Below, piece by piece: positions 25,863 to 35,373 of a stretch of 40,000 nucleotides of DNA. The translations under genes were made by a program, and so were the position numbers. The DNA is from Pseudanabaena yagii GIHE-NHR1 (lineage in GTDB: Bacteria; Cyanobacteriota; Cyanobacteriia; Pseudanabaenales; Pseudanabaenaceae): the NCBI RefSeq assembly GCF_012863495.1, contig NZ_JAAVJL010000002.1:684271-724270 (forward strand). The letters are read 5' to 3'. Below the pieces are notes generated by a model. The model saw only the letters and a list, made by a program, of their open reading frames with translations, was not told the DNA's origin and ran no database searches. Every line of letters begins with the position of its first letter. Positions within the stretch are counted from its first letter, which is position 1.

Positions 25863-25938
25863 TACCCCCTGAGGATTGGTAAACGCTACATACCCCATCC
25901 TCATCAAAAATTTTCAACCATTTTTGGGAATTAAAATC

Positions 25939-27477
25939 ATGGCTCAGAATAACGTTAACGACATTCAAGATCACGCTCGGTTATTCCACCAAGACGAATA
26001 TCAAGAGCTGTTTAAAGCTAAGAAAGAATTTGAAGGCGGACATAGTTCCGAAGAAGTTGCGAAGATTGCTGACTGGACAAAGAGCTGGGAATATCGCGAA
26101 AAGAATTTCGCCCGCGAAGCTCTCACCGTCAATCCCGCAAAGGCTTGTCAGCCATTAGGAGCAATCCTTGCAGCAGTTGGTTTTGAGGCTACATTACCCT
26201 TCGTACATGGTTCTCAAGGTTGCGTGGCATATTTCCGCAGTCACTTCACTCGCCACTTTAAAGAACCCTTCTCAGCAGTATCCTCTTCGATGACAGAAGA
26301 TGCGGCGGTTTTTGGTGGACAATTGAATATGATTGAAGGTTTGGCAACTTCCTACAATCTCTACAAGCCCAAGATGATTGCTGTCTGCACAACCTGTATG
26401 GCAGAAGTAATCGGTGATGACTTACAAGCATTCATCAGCAATGCTAAGGCAGCCAATTCAGTTCCTCAAACTTTCCCCGTTCCCTACGCCCATACCCCTA
26501 GTTTTGTCGGTTCCCATATCACGGGCTACGACAACATGATCAAGGGTATTCTCTCGAACCTGACCGCAGGTAAAAAGCAAGAAACCACCAACGGCAAGAT
26601 TAACTTCATCCCAGGATTTGAGACTTACATTGGCAACCTGCGCGAAATCAAGCGCTATGCTGATTTGATGGATGTTAACTACACCTTACTTGCGGATAAT
26701 TCTGAATACTTAGATTCGCCTAATACTGGTGAATATCAAATGTATCCAGGCGGAACCAAGCTAGAAGATGCTGCTGATTCGATCAATGCTGAAGCCACGA
26801 TCGCATTCCAGTCTTACGCCACCACTAAGACTAGAGAATATATCGAAACTGAGTGGAGTCAAAAGACCTACGTCAGCCGTCCCGTCGGTATTCGCGGTAC
26901 TGATGAATTTTTGATGAAGCTTTCGGCTCTCACAGGCAAGCCCATTCCTAAGGAATTGGAAGAAGAAAGAGGTCGCGCCGTTGATGCTTTGACCGATTCT
27001 CAAGCATGGTTGCATGGCAAGCGCATTGCTCTCTATGGTGATCCAGACTTGGTAATCGGTTTGGTTCAGTTCCTCTTGGAAGTCGGTGCAGAACCAATTC
27101 ATATCGTCGTCAGTAACAGTAATGCTAACTTTGAAGGTGAATTACGCGCTTTGCTCGATTCTAGCCCCTTCGGTCAGAATGCCACCATCTGGGGTGGTAA
27201 GGATCTATGGCACTTGCGATCGCTCCTCTTCACCGAGCCTGTCGATCTCTTGATTGGCAACTCCTACGGTAAGTACCTATGGCGCGATACCAAGACTCCT
27301 TTGGTACGCATTGGCTATCCTATCTTCGATCGCCATCACCTCCACCGCTATTCGACCTACGGCTATCAAGGTGCAATTAATCTACTCAACTGGATTGTGA
27401 ATACTCTCCTTGATGAACTCGATCGCAACACGATCATTCCATCAAAGACCGATATTTCCTACGACTTGATTCGCTAG
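25939..27477 (+). CDS. nifK: Nitrogenase MoFe protein beta chain NifK
   Basis: I start it at ATG 25939 (MAQNNVNDIQDH...) rather than the TTG-initiated track start at 25876. Motifs: ALTVNPAKACQPLGAILAAVGFEATLPFVHGSQGCVAYFR...CTTCMAEVIGDD. Confidence 0.9.
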   Translation: MAQNNVNDIQDHARLFHQDEYQELFKAKKEFEGGHSSEEVAKIADWTKSWEYREKNFAREALTVNPAKACQPLGAILAAVGFEATLPFVHGSQGCVAYFRSHFTRHFKEPFSAVSSSMTEDAAVFGGQLNMIEGLATSYNLYKPKMIAVCTTCMAEVIGDDLQAFISNAKAANSVPQTFPVPYAHTPSFVGSHITGYDNMIKGILSNLTAGKKQETTNGKINFIPGFETYIGNLREIKRYADLMDVNYTLLADNSEYLDSPNTGEYQMYPGGTKLEDAADSINAEATIAFQSYATTKTREYIETEWSQKTYVSRPVGIRGTDEFLMKLSALTGKPIPKELEEERGRAVDALTDSQAWLHGKRIALYGDPDLVIGLVQFLLEVGAEPIHIVVSNSNANFEGELRALLDSSPFGQNATIWGGKDLWHLRSLLFTEPVDLLIGNSYGKYLWRDTKTPLVRIGYPIFDRHHLHRYSTYGYQGAINLLNWIVNTLLDELDRNTIIPSKTDISYDLIR

Positions 27478-27484
27478 ACTACCT

Positions 27485-27569
27485 AACCCCTCCCTAACCC
27501 TCCCCTTGCAAAGGGGAGGGAATTAAATTTCTAGTCTTCCCCCTTTGCAAGGGGGAATTAAAGGGGGTT
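27485..27569. repeat. 85-bp MITE-like double G/C-hairpin element, copy C
   Basis: AACCCCTCCCTAACCCTCCCCTTGCAAAGGGGAGGG...CCCCCTTTGCAAGGGGGAATTAAAGGGGGTT. This is the reverse complement of copy A (9249-9333) with a handful of central differences. It starts 8 nt after the nifK stop. Confidence 0.8.
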
Positions 27570-27642
27570 CGATTTACTGGTGTACATAACACAGTATTTC
27601 TCCTGAAAGTAAATTTTTAAGTACAGCAAGAGGAGGACGATC

Positions 27643-28773
27643 ATGCTTGACATTCAAATTAACGATACAACCCTGAGAGATGGCGAACAGGCTGCTGGTG
27701 TAGCGTTTAGCATTGAAGAGAAAATCGAAATCGCCAAATTCCTCGATCGCATTGGCGTACAAGAATTAGAAGTTGGCATCCCTGCTATGGGTGGGGCGGA
27801 AACCGAAGCGATCGCCGCCATTCATAACTTAGGACTAAAAGCAAAATTACTCGGCTGGAACCGTGCGGCAATTTCTGATATTCAAGCTTCCATCGCCTGT
27901 GGGCTAAAGCGCGTCCATATTTCCGTACCTGTCTCTGATATTCAGATTGGACTAATGGCTGACGGTAAGCGGGAAACTGTACTAAAACGCCTACAAGAAA
28001 GTATTACCTATGCGCGCGATCGCGGTTTATATGTGTCCGTCGGTGGTGCTGATGCCTCCAGAGCCGATGATCATTTTCTGTTAGAAGTAGCAACTTCAGC
28101 CGAACAATGGGGCGCTTCTCGCTTCCGTTTTTGCGATACCGTTGGCATTCTCGATCCATTTAATACCTATCGCAAGATTAAATTACTGGTCAATGCCCTC
28201 TCAATTCCCGTCGAGATGCACACCCATAACGATCTCGGCATGGCTACGGCTAATGCTCTTGCGGGTGTTCAAGCAGGAGCGCGATCGCTAAATACCACTG
28301 TGAATGGTTTAGGCGAAAGGGCTGGCAATGCGGCTCTCGAAGAAGTGGTAATGGCACTAAAACAGATTCATGGTATCGACTTGGGGATTGAAACCCGTTG
28401 TTTCTGGGAACTCTCGCAATTAGTTGCCTCAGCTTCACAAAATCCCGTGCCACCTTGGAAAGCGATCGTTGGCAGCAATGCCTTTAGCCATGAATCTGGT
28501 ATCCATGCCGCAGGAGTTCTCCAAAATCCCAGCAGCTACGAGCCATTTAATCCTGATGAAGTGGGTGCAAAGCGTCAACTTGTGGCTGGCAAGCATTCAG
28601 GTCGCCATCTCGTATCGAATTTGCTCCAGCAGCAGGGTGTCGATCTGGCGAAGGAGAAAGCGCAATCAGTTTTAGATGCCGTGCGTCAGCGATCGATCCA
28701 AGTCAAGCGTAGTCTCACTTCCGAAGAATTGCTAAGTCTCGTTCAATCAGGGAGATTTGCCCATGCTGTATAA
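27643..28773 (+). CDS. nifV: Homocitrate synthase NifV
   Basis: 376 aa: [45 protein letters not shown]...[16 protein letters not shown]. Confidence 0.9.
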   Translation: MLDIQINDTTLRDGEQAAGVAFSIEEKIEIAKFLDRIGVQELEVGIPAMGGAETEAIAAIHNLGLKAKLLGWNRAAISDIQASIACGLKRVHISVPVSDIQIGLMADGKRETVLKRLQESITYARDRGLYVSVGGADASRADDHFLLEVATSAEQWGASRFRFCDTVGILDPFNTYRKIKLLVNALSIPVEMHTHNDLGMATANALAGVQAGARSLNTTVNGLGERAGNAALEEVVMALKQIHGIDLGIETRCFWELSQLVASASQNPVPPWKAIVGSNAFSHESGIHAAGVLQNPSSYEPFNPDEVGAKRQLVAGKHSGRHLVSNLLQQQGVDLAKEKAQSVLDAVRQRSIQVKRSLTSEELLSLVQSGRFAHAV

Positions 28774-29017
28774 CGATGTGGAACTTGATAGTCCTCCTAT
28801 GTTTGAGATTGGCACAAAGGTCAGAATTAAGAAGTTAATTCGCAATGATGGCACTTTCCCTGGGAAGGAGATTGGCGAAACTCTTGCTAAGAAAGGAGAA
28901 GTTGGATATGTGGTGAATATCGGAACTTTCCTCCAAAGATCCTATATCTATTCTGTCCACTTTCTCTATACAGGGCATATCATCGGCTGTCGTCAAAAAG
29001 AATTAGAAATCGTCTAA
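28757..29017 (+). CDS. nifZ: NifZ (start uncertain; candidate Met codons at 28757, 28763 and 28799)
   Basis: [43 protein letters not shown] is the NifZ domain signature. The longest form overlaps the nifV end by 17 nt. Confidence 0.8.
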   Translation: MPMLYNDVELDSPPMFEIGTKVRIKKLIRNDGTFPGKEIGETLAKKGEVGYVVNIGTFLQRSYIYSVHFLYTGHIIGCRQKELEIV

Positions 29018-29075
29018 TAATGTGAGTAGGCGCAAAGCGCCCACTCGCATTTAATAATTATTAAGGAAAAAATTT

Positions 29076-29279
29076 ATGAAAGTCATGCTACGTCGGAATA
29101 ACATCGGTCATCTTGTGGTTTATGTTGCTAAAAAAGATTTGGAAGAGGAAGTTGTTAAAGAAGAGGAAACCACTGATGGCAAGGTGATGACGCTAGCAAA
29201 TGGGTGGGAGCTTGCCTTTGATAAGCTAGAAGAACCGCTAAGTTTACCCAAAACCGTTGAAGCTAGAAGAATTGCTTAA
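29076..29279 (+). CDS. nifT: NifT/FixU
   Basis: 67 aa: MKVMLRRNNIGHLVVYVAKKDLEEEVV...LANGWELAF...LPKTVEARR. Confidence 0.8.
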   Translation: MKVMLRRNNIGHLVVYVAKKDLEEEVVKEEETTDGKVMTLANGWELAFDKLEEPLSLPKTVEARRIA

Positions 29280-29284
29280 TGATT

Positions 29285-29315
29285 ATGATGGACAGTGCTT
29301 AGTTCTGTCCATCAT
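29285..29315 (+). terminator. 11-bp hairpin at the end of the nifB...nifT operon
   Basis: ATGATGGACAG, 9-nt loop, CTGTCCATCAT. It starts 6 nt after the nifT stop, and no clear T-run follows. Confidence 0.4.
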
Positions 29316-29382
29316 TGCAATATAGAGAGTACGGTGATACTATTACTGGTCTCTACATTGCTAACGATCGCTGGTTTATACG

Positions 29383-29529
29383 ATGTTGACGAATGGTGAT
29401 GATATTGTGTTTGTGAAGCTAGAGGGTAAGCAATATGCAATGTCTCAGGTTTTGGCTCCTTTGGTTAATCGGGGTGAGTTAGAGGTTGCATGGCAAGTTT
29501 TACGCAAGATTGCAGAAATAGATGTTTGA
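29383..29529 (+). pseudogene. Probable 3' fragment of a PD-(D/E)xK / HsdR-N-like cyanobacterial gene
   Basis: My translation is (VYT)MLTNGDDIVFVKLEGKQYAMSQVLAPLVNRGELEVAWQVLRKIAEIDV*. It resembles the YG-x-x-TNG-x-x-W/I-x-F-x-KL tail of that family (from memory). A stop codon lies 6 codons upstream, so no full-length frame exists. Confidence 0.3.
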
Positions 29530-29636
29530 TGTATAGATTAAGGATTTCTACTATTTCTCTTTTTTTCTTTATCTATTTGCCGCTCTATCGAATTAATCAT
29601 GTCTTTTACCCAATGAGACATTTTAGGGTGTTTGCG

Positions 29637-32600
29637 CTATGATTTGAATAGTGTTAAGTATGTTTCAAGCTTAGCAGTTTCAGCTCTATATAATTGTAGA
29701 CGGGATTCTAGAGCATCGCAAAACTCTTCAATTTCACCAAATTCATTGGTCAGTTTTACTAAAGCTGGATGCCATTGACTCTCACCTGAATCTTTTTTCT
29801 CAAGTACAGGATAAAAGTTACATAAGAAACGCAATCGGTTTTTTGGGTCTTTCTTAGCCCAATTGATATACTCGGTTTCAGGGACTCCAAATATTATACC
29901 TGCATTGTTTTGGGATTCTCCATCGAATGTATGTCGGAGGTATCCAACAAGTTCTTCCAAATAAAAAGTTTCAGATGGAGTTGCGATTTCAAAGAAATTA
30001 GATAAAGCATTCCATAGCAAAATTGGCTTGTCTTTAACTAATTCTTGAATTACACTCTGAAAATCATTATCTAACATTTGAAAAATTTTTATATCTTTAA
30101 CTTTACATAACCGTATAACTTGATTAATTAATCCAATTGCAAATTTATCATCAATTCCGTAAAACTTATGAACCAAAAGAGTTAGTTGTTTGAATGCATA
30201 CGCATGATTTATTGCTATTCTTTCTATTTTAAGAAGTTTTGGCGCAGTAACTAGTTGTTTAATTCGTTTAGCTAATTGTTTGTCAAGATTTGAGCGGTTA
30301 AGTTGGTACATAGAAATGATTTCTAGCGCCGTCCATATACCGACAGATTCTTGATTTAGATATAACTCATCAATTAAAGGCAAGATTTCTTTGACTTCAA
30401 GATTATCCAATCCCCTTCCATAGGAGAAATATACACACTCAGGTGCGTTAATACTTCCGTCTTTTAATTTCTGTACAATTTCATTTAGCCTTTCCGCAGA
30501 AATATCTATAGCATTGTATATATGCACCATTTGATTTTTCAAACGATTAGATTGCTGAGCAATTTGGATGCATTTAGTCACAATATCACTTCCTCTTTTG
30601 TCAATACCAGAAATTAATCCACTGAGAAATTGAATACCTTTATCTTCTGTAGATTTTTCAAACTCTTTGACTGCAATTTGAAATATTTTTAATGGATCTT
30701 CCACTTTTATTGCCAATTCATAGGCAAATGGATATACATTATGCAACTGTTCTTGTACCATTATTTGGATGACTTGGTTCGTAAGATCTAGATTTATAGC
30801 GATTTCAGCCGCTACTTCTTTCGCTTTTTTGGAAGAGTATTCAAAATCATCATTAGATCTATTGTTCGTATCGTAAGTTGAGTCTGGATCGTGAATATCC
30901 ATCTGCCAAAATTTTGTATATAGTAATGCTAGTTGTATTAAATCGGTTGGTAGGAGCGTATCATAAAGTTTTCTTACTCTTATCGATAAAGTTTCTGATC
31001 CCTTTTTTCTGTCGTAATATAACCAATCACCAATTCCTTTAATTGCCTCAAGCCAGATTCCTTTATCCTTGGTATTATCTTGTAAAATATTTTCAACATC
31101 TCCAATAAGGTTTTCGTAGGAGATTAAATCTCGAATATTAAAAGCAATAATTTCTTCGCATTTACAAGCAAAAACTTTATTGCTAACACGAATTTTATTT
31201 AGTCTTTGAAGACCTTCTCTAATAAAATCGAATAATTCATTCCCTGTCTCTGGTCTCCAATGTTTTAGCGGAGGTTGAGTTCCTATTTTATTAAAGTCTC
31301 TAGTCCAGCCTCGATAACTTCTTTGTATAGTATTTTGTAATGCTTCAATACAGATCTTAATGACCCTTTCATCATTAGAATTAAGCCCATCATCTAAGAT
31401 GCGGAAACGTTCTGATGGTTCGACTTCAGTTCCGCTTGAATATATTTGAAAAAGTTGTGTAAAGATGATAGTTGAGCTATTTCCCACAGGTTGCTTTTCA
31501 ACAGCAGCTAATTTTAATAGTATTCTTGCTGCAATATGAAAAGTTTTTTGGCTAAAAACAAGTTTCGCTAAAACATTTATTAGATGATCTTTTCCTGATT
31601 GTACTTGCTGAAGTTCATCTATTGATAGTTTTCCGAATATTCGCTCAATAGTATAAGCAACACTAATTGGATCAATGTGTACTAAAGCATCAAGGCATTG
31701 TAAACCAATATTTGTATTTAAACTTTCTAGCGATCTGCACAAGCCATCTCTTGCTAACAAGATCTCGGTAACTTTAGCTAATGTTTTTGAAGTGTCAAAA
31801 TACTCCCATCGCTTTAAAAAGGATGACTGTAATCTTGGTGGTGCATTCTCAATAAAATTAAGAATATTTTTTACACGCAATAGATCTAGCCTTCTTAATC
31901 CAAGAAAATTAGCTATAGGCAAAGGTTTTGCGATAAAAAAGTAGCCGTTATAGTCTACAAGAAAAGACTTTGCGGCTTGAGCTAGATATTCATACATTTC
32001 ATCCCCAGTTTGACGAGCTAAATTTTGAGCAACAAAGTCAAGTTCTTCACTTAGGGTTTCATCTGCTCCTAATTCAGTAAATAAAGCAAGACACTCAATA
32101 GCTCGAACTTGTTCTATACAAGTTATGCCGCAGCCTTTAAGGATACGTTCTTCGACATCTTCTATAGATTTTAGAATCGGTAATCCTTCTGAGTAGTTAT
32201 CAGTAGCTAGTACAGCAATACGTGGATATCCATCGCTTAGATTTTTGACAAATTCAATATCTGAGTTATCAGCTTTGGGATAGCGTTGTCGAATGATCCC
32301 TTCAATTAGAGTTTCATTGGCAGGAGTAACTGAAATATTCAAACAATCATCTTTGTCTATAGGTTGATTGTCATTGCCAATCGTTATGATTTTGAGATTG
32401 CTACTTTCTTTCTTCACTATTTCATTAAGCTTAATAGCAGTCTCACGAGGACAGTTATCTACAATGATGAGCGCTAACTTACTTGATGCTGAGAAACTTT
32501 CAACATCTGCCAAAATTTTATGACCTATTTTTTCTAAGTCGCAGTAAACTGTAGACACTGATAACGAAAGCTTTATTGTGGTTGTCTCATCCTTAAAGAC

Positions 32601-33398
32601 TTCGTATACAAATCGCGTTTTACCAAGCCCCGAAGCCCCATAAACCCTTATCGTTCTTCTAGGATCTGCTAGGTAATCCATAATTCTTTCCTTTGTTTTA
32701 TGGAAAGAAAGTGAGTCTCTTTCTTTGTTCTCTACTATTTGAAATCGATCAGCTTTGTCTTCAACTAGTGGCACTTTAGAAATATCTAATATTTCCCCCA
32801 AGCTTTCAATTGTTTCATAGCTTTTTAGCTTAAGTCCTGATTCTTGTTCATTAAGCCAAACTGCGATCGCAGGATATTGCGATACCCAAGTCGCAATTTT
32901 ATTAGCATCATAAATATCAATCCCTATTTCATCGGGATTCCCCCCAGCTTCTCGAATACCTTGGTTGATAGCCTCAATTAGTTTGGTTTTTTCTTGATCT
33001 ACAATTGGGGCAGAAGTAAAGCCGATATAAAAGCCTTTTTTAGCAATAACCGTTGTCACTGCCTCATTTAGTTCTCTTTGAGATCCTTTCTTTTGACTTT
33101 TCTTTGTCCAAACTTCTTTTTTCCATCCTGCTCTTCCTAAATTTGTAGCTTTTGACTGAAATATACAGAATCTAGAGGGTAAATAATTTGTTTCTTCGAG
33201 ATACTCTGTCCATTTAATCTCAAGTGAAAATCTGGCATCCTCACCACCATCGGGGGTAGTAATTTGAAGAGGAACTGAAACTCCTCGTAGTGGTATTCCA
33301 ATATACTGAGCCTCAGCGTGAAGTAATTTCTTGAGTAATATGACAAGGCTATTGCTATCTAACTTTTCAATTTTAGAGGGATGAACATCAAAAATCAT
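29637..33398 (-). CDS. 1253-aa Mrr-like nuclease-motif / P-loop (STAND-like) NTPase / alpha-helical repeat protein; candidate NLR/Avs-type defence sensor
   Basis: Residues 1-185: LLKKLLHAEA...ITTPDGGEDARF...CIFQSKA...GFYIGFTSAPI...IDIYDANKIATWV reads as an Mrr/PD-(D/E)xK layout (D50, E53, Q81-x-K83). Walker A is VYGASGLGKTR (aa 252-262, nt ~32616-32639) and Walker B is LALIIVDNC (aa 308-316). About 830 further residues are Leu/Ile/Glu/Lys-rich and I recognise no catalytic motif in them. The DNA is visibly more A+T-rich than the nif genes, and I find only one HIP1 site. Confidence 0.55.
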   Translation of the reverse strand: MIFDVHPSKIEKLDSNSLVILLKKLLHAEAQYIGIPLRGVSVPLQITTPDGGEDARFSLEIKWTEYLEETNYLPSRFCIFQSKATNLGRAGWKKEVWTKKSQKKGSQRELNEAVTTVIAKKGFYIGFTSAPIVDQEKTKLIEAINQGIREAGGNPDEIGIDIYDANKIATWVSQYPAIAVWLNEQESGLKLKSYETIESLGEILDISKVPLVEDKADRFQIVENKERDSLSFHKTKERIMDYLADPRRTIRVYGASGLGKTRFVYEVFKDETTTIKLSLSVSTVYCDLEKIGHKILADVESFSASSKLALIIVDNCPRETAIKLNEIVKKESSNLKIITIGNDNQPIDKDDCLNISVTPANETLIEGIIRQRYPKADNSDIEFVKNLSDGYPRIAVLATDNYSEGLPILKSIEDVEERILKGCGITCIEQVRAIECLALFTELGADETLSEELDFVAQNLARQTGDEMYEYLAQAAKSFLVDYNGYFFIAKPLPIANFLGLRRLDLLRVKNILNFIENAPPRLQSSFLKRWEYFDTSKTLAKVTEILLARDGLCRSLESLNTNIGLQCLDALVHIDPISVAYTIERIFGKLSIDELQQVQSGKDHLINVLAKLVFSQKTFHIAARILLKLAAVEKQPVGNSSTIIFTQLFQIYSSGTEVEPSERFRILDDGLNSNDERVIKICIEALQNTIQRSYRGWTRDFNKIGTQPPLKHWRPETGNELFDFIREGLQRLNKIRVSNKVFACKCEEIIAFNIRDLISYENLIGDVENILQDNTKDKGIWLEAIKGIGDWLYYDRKKGSETLSIRVRKLYDTLLPTDLIQLALLYTKFWQMDIHDPDSTYDTNNRSNDDFEYSSKKAKEVAAEIAINLDLTNQVIQIMVQEQLHNVYPFAYELAIKVEDPLKIFQIAVKEFEKSTEDKGIQFLSGLISGIDKRGSDIVTKCIQIAQQSNRLKNQMVHIYNAIDISAERLNEIVQKLKDGSINAPECVYFSYGRGLDNLEVKEILPLIDELYLNQESVGIWTALEIISMYQLNRSNLDKQLAKRIKQLVTAPKLLKIERIAINHAYAFKQLTLLVHKFYGIDDKFAIGLINQVIRLCKVKDIKIFQMLDNDFQSVIQELVKDKPILLWNALSNFFEIATPSETFYLEELVGYLRHTFDGESQNNAGIIFGVPETEYINWAKKDPKNRLRFLCNFYPVLEKKDSGESQWHPALVKLTNEFGEIEEFCDALESRLQLYRAETAKLETYLTLFKS

Positions 33399-33440
33399 GA
33401 CAGACAGAAAATATACACGTTGGTTTTATTAATGTACTCT

Positions 33441-34578
33441 CTAAGTACAGGGCAAAAAGTTGCAAAAGTAGGCAGGGAGGGGTTTTATAAAAGATAACCA
33501 CATCGTAAATAAAACCCCTATGAAAGAGATTAACCTATTCCGAGAAAAGTTGCAGCAACATCTGCAATGGAATAGAGCAAGACTAGCCTTTGTGTCCATG
33601 TTCTTGATCGCGCTAATGCGAGTAAAGACAGTAAACCTAGCTGAAATTGCCACAGGATTTAGTGGTTATGCCAAAGTCGAATCACACTATAAGAGGTTAC
33701 AGAGATTTTTTCGAGACTTTGAAGTGGACTATGAAAAGATCGCACTCATGGTCGTCAAAGTCATGCAAATCCCCGAACCTTGGGTAATTTCTATCGACCG
33801 CACCGATTGGGAATTCGGTAAAACCGTGTTTAATGTGCTGACATTGGGAATAGTGCATTACGGTATTGCATTCCCGTTGGTATGGATGATGCTGGACAAA
33901 AAAGGTAACTCAAACACCCGTGAGCGCTGTGAATTGTGTAATCGATTTCTGGAAATATTTGGAGACCGCAAAATCGACTTTTTGAGTGCAGACCGAGAGT
34001 TTGTCGGTGAGGATTGGTTAGATTACTTGTTGTGTGAACCATGTAACCGTTTTCGTATCCGCCGTAAAAATACTTTGCTCAATGACGGGCAGAAAAAACT
34101 GCGTGCCGACATTTGTTTTCAAGACCTCCAAGTTGGTCAGTCCAAAGTATTGTCCAAGCCCAGAAAGGTTTGGAACCATTGGCTTCGTATAGCCGCTATG
34201 CGTCTTGATGATGGCGATTTATTAATTGTCGCGACGACTCATGACCCTGATACGGCTATTGCTGACTATGCTAAGCGTTGGGCTATTGAGACTTTATTCG
34301 GGTGCTTTAAAACCCGTGGCTTTTGTTTGGAGTCCACTCATCTTCAAGATCCTGAACGTCTTTCCAAACTAATTGCTTTGCTTACTCTGGCTTTATGTTG
34401 GGCTTTTTCTTCTGGGCTTTGGTTGGCTCAACTAAATCCCCTCAAGCCTAAAAAACACGGTCGTCTTCCTAAAAGCATTTTTCGCCTTGGTTTTGATTTC
34501 CTTCGTCACATCATCTTTGACTTACATCTCAATTCTCAAGCCTTCTTTAACTCCATTAAATTTTTGTCCTGTACTTAG
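33441..34578 (+). mobile_element. IS4-family insertion sequence (1138 bp) with 21-bp imperfect terminal inverted repeats
   Basis: IRL is CTAAGTACAGGGCAAAAAGTT (33441-33461). The reverse complement of IRR (34558-34578) is CTAAGTACAGGACAAAAATTT, a 19/21 match. There is a single transposase ORF. The flanks AATGTACTCT and CGAAACCCGT show no direct repeat. Confidence 0.8.
33520..34578 (+). CDS. IS4-family DDE transposase
   Basis: 352 aa. The DDE candidates are VISIDRTDWEF, DFLSADREFVG and YAKRWAIETLFGCFK (the Y-x2-R-x3-E-x6-K signature). The stop codon is the last 3 nt of IRR. Confidence 0.8.
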   Translation: MKEINLFREKLQQHLQWNRARLAFVSMFLIALMRVKTVNLAEIATGFSGYAKVESHYKRLQRFFRDFEVDYEKIALMVVKVMQIPEPWVISIDRTDWEFGKTVFNVLTLGIVHYGIAFPLVWMMLDKKGNSNTRERCELCNRFLEIFGDRKIDFLSADREFVGEDWLDYLLCEPCNRFRIRRKNTLLNDGQKKLRADICFQDLQVGQSKVLSKPRKVWNHWLRIAAMRLDDGDLLIVATTHDPDTAIADYAKRWAIETLFGCFKTRGFCLESTHLQDPERLSKLIALLTLALCWAFSSGLWLAQLNPLKPKKHGRLPKSIFRLGFDFLRHIIFDLHLNSQAFFNSIKFLSCT

Positions 34579-35278
34579 CGAAACCCGTCATCTTGCCCTT
34601 CAGCGTATTAAATCAGAAGCAAGGGAAGTAGGAGCCAATGCAGTTGTTGGCATTAAGACATCGATTTTGCCATTAGGAGCAATGCAAGAAATGGTGATGA
34701 TTGGCACTGCTTCCCATCATCCATATCTGCCAGAGGTTTATCATCAAAATCCGATCGCTAGCGATCTCACCAATGAAGAAATGTGGAACCTGATTAATCA
34801 AGGATATATGCCTGTGCAGCTAGTCTTAGGGGTTTCCGTTTACTCTTTGGGATTGCTCGGCGGCATAAGCTCGTTTTTCAAATCTTTTGTGCGCGGTGAA
34901 ATTAGAGAGTTGACAACGCTGATTTATGAAGCCAGAGAAGAAGCTTTAAAGCATATCGCCGAAGATGCCCGCCGCTGTGGTGCGGATCAAGTGGTGGGCA
35001 TCAAAACCTATGTTTATAATTTAGGTGGTGGCATTATTGAGTTTTTAGCTATTGGCACAGCCGTGAAAAAAATGCCAGATGTCAGGACTGAATCAGAAAA
35101 CCTCATACCACAGGCGATTATTCGTGACCAAGAGACTTTTATTAATACTGCGGAAACCACTTCGGCTCTCTCGTTAAATCAGCCCACAAACTCATCGAGC
35201 ATTCTTGCCGTAGTTGCGGGCTTAGTCATATTTGCATTTTGGATGATCTTTTTCCTACTTCGATTTGTTCATCGTTAA
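34579..35278 (+). pseudogene. 5'-truncated tandem YbjQ/DUF74 (UPF0145) protein with a C-terminal TM helix
   Basis: Native sequence starts mid-domain at ...ETRHLALQRIKSEAREVGANAVVGIKTSILPLGAMQEMVMIGTA. A second complete domain reads EAREEALKHIAEDARRCGADQVVGIKTYVYNLGGGIIEFLAIGTAVK. The ORF-track start (34487) and the first 30 codons are IS-derived. Confidence 0.65.
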
Positions 35279-35373
35279 AAATATTTATCATGGTGCATAG
35301 TAGCTCGCGTTGATACTGGTCTGCTTATGCTTACCTTGTACTGCCTCAAGTCCTTACGAATATTGGTTTTGTT

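Noticed and set aside
25876-25938. Upstream TTG-initiated extension of nifK (MVNATYPILIKNFQPFLGIKI)
   Set aside because: It starts at a non-ATG codon inside the repeat-filled spacer. The ATG at 25939 gives the conventional NifK N-terminus.
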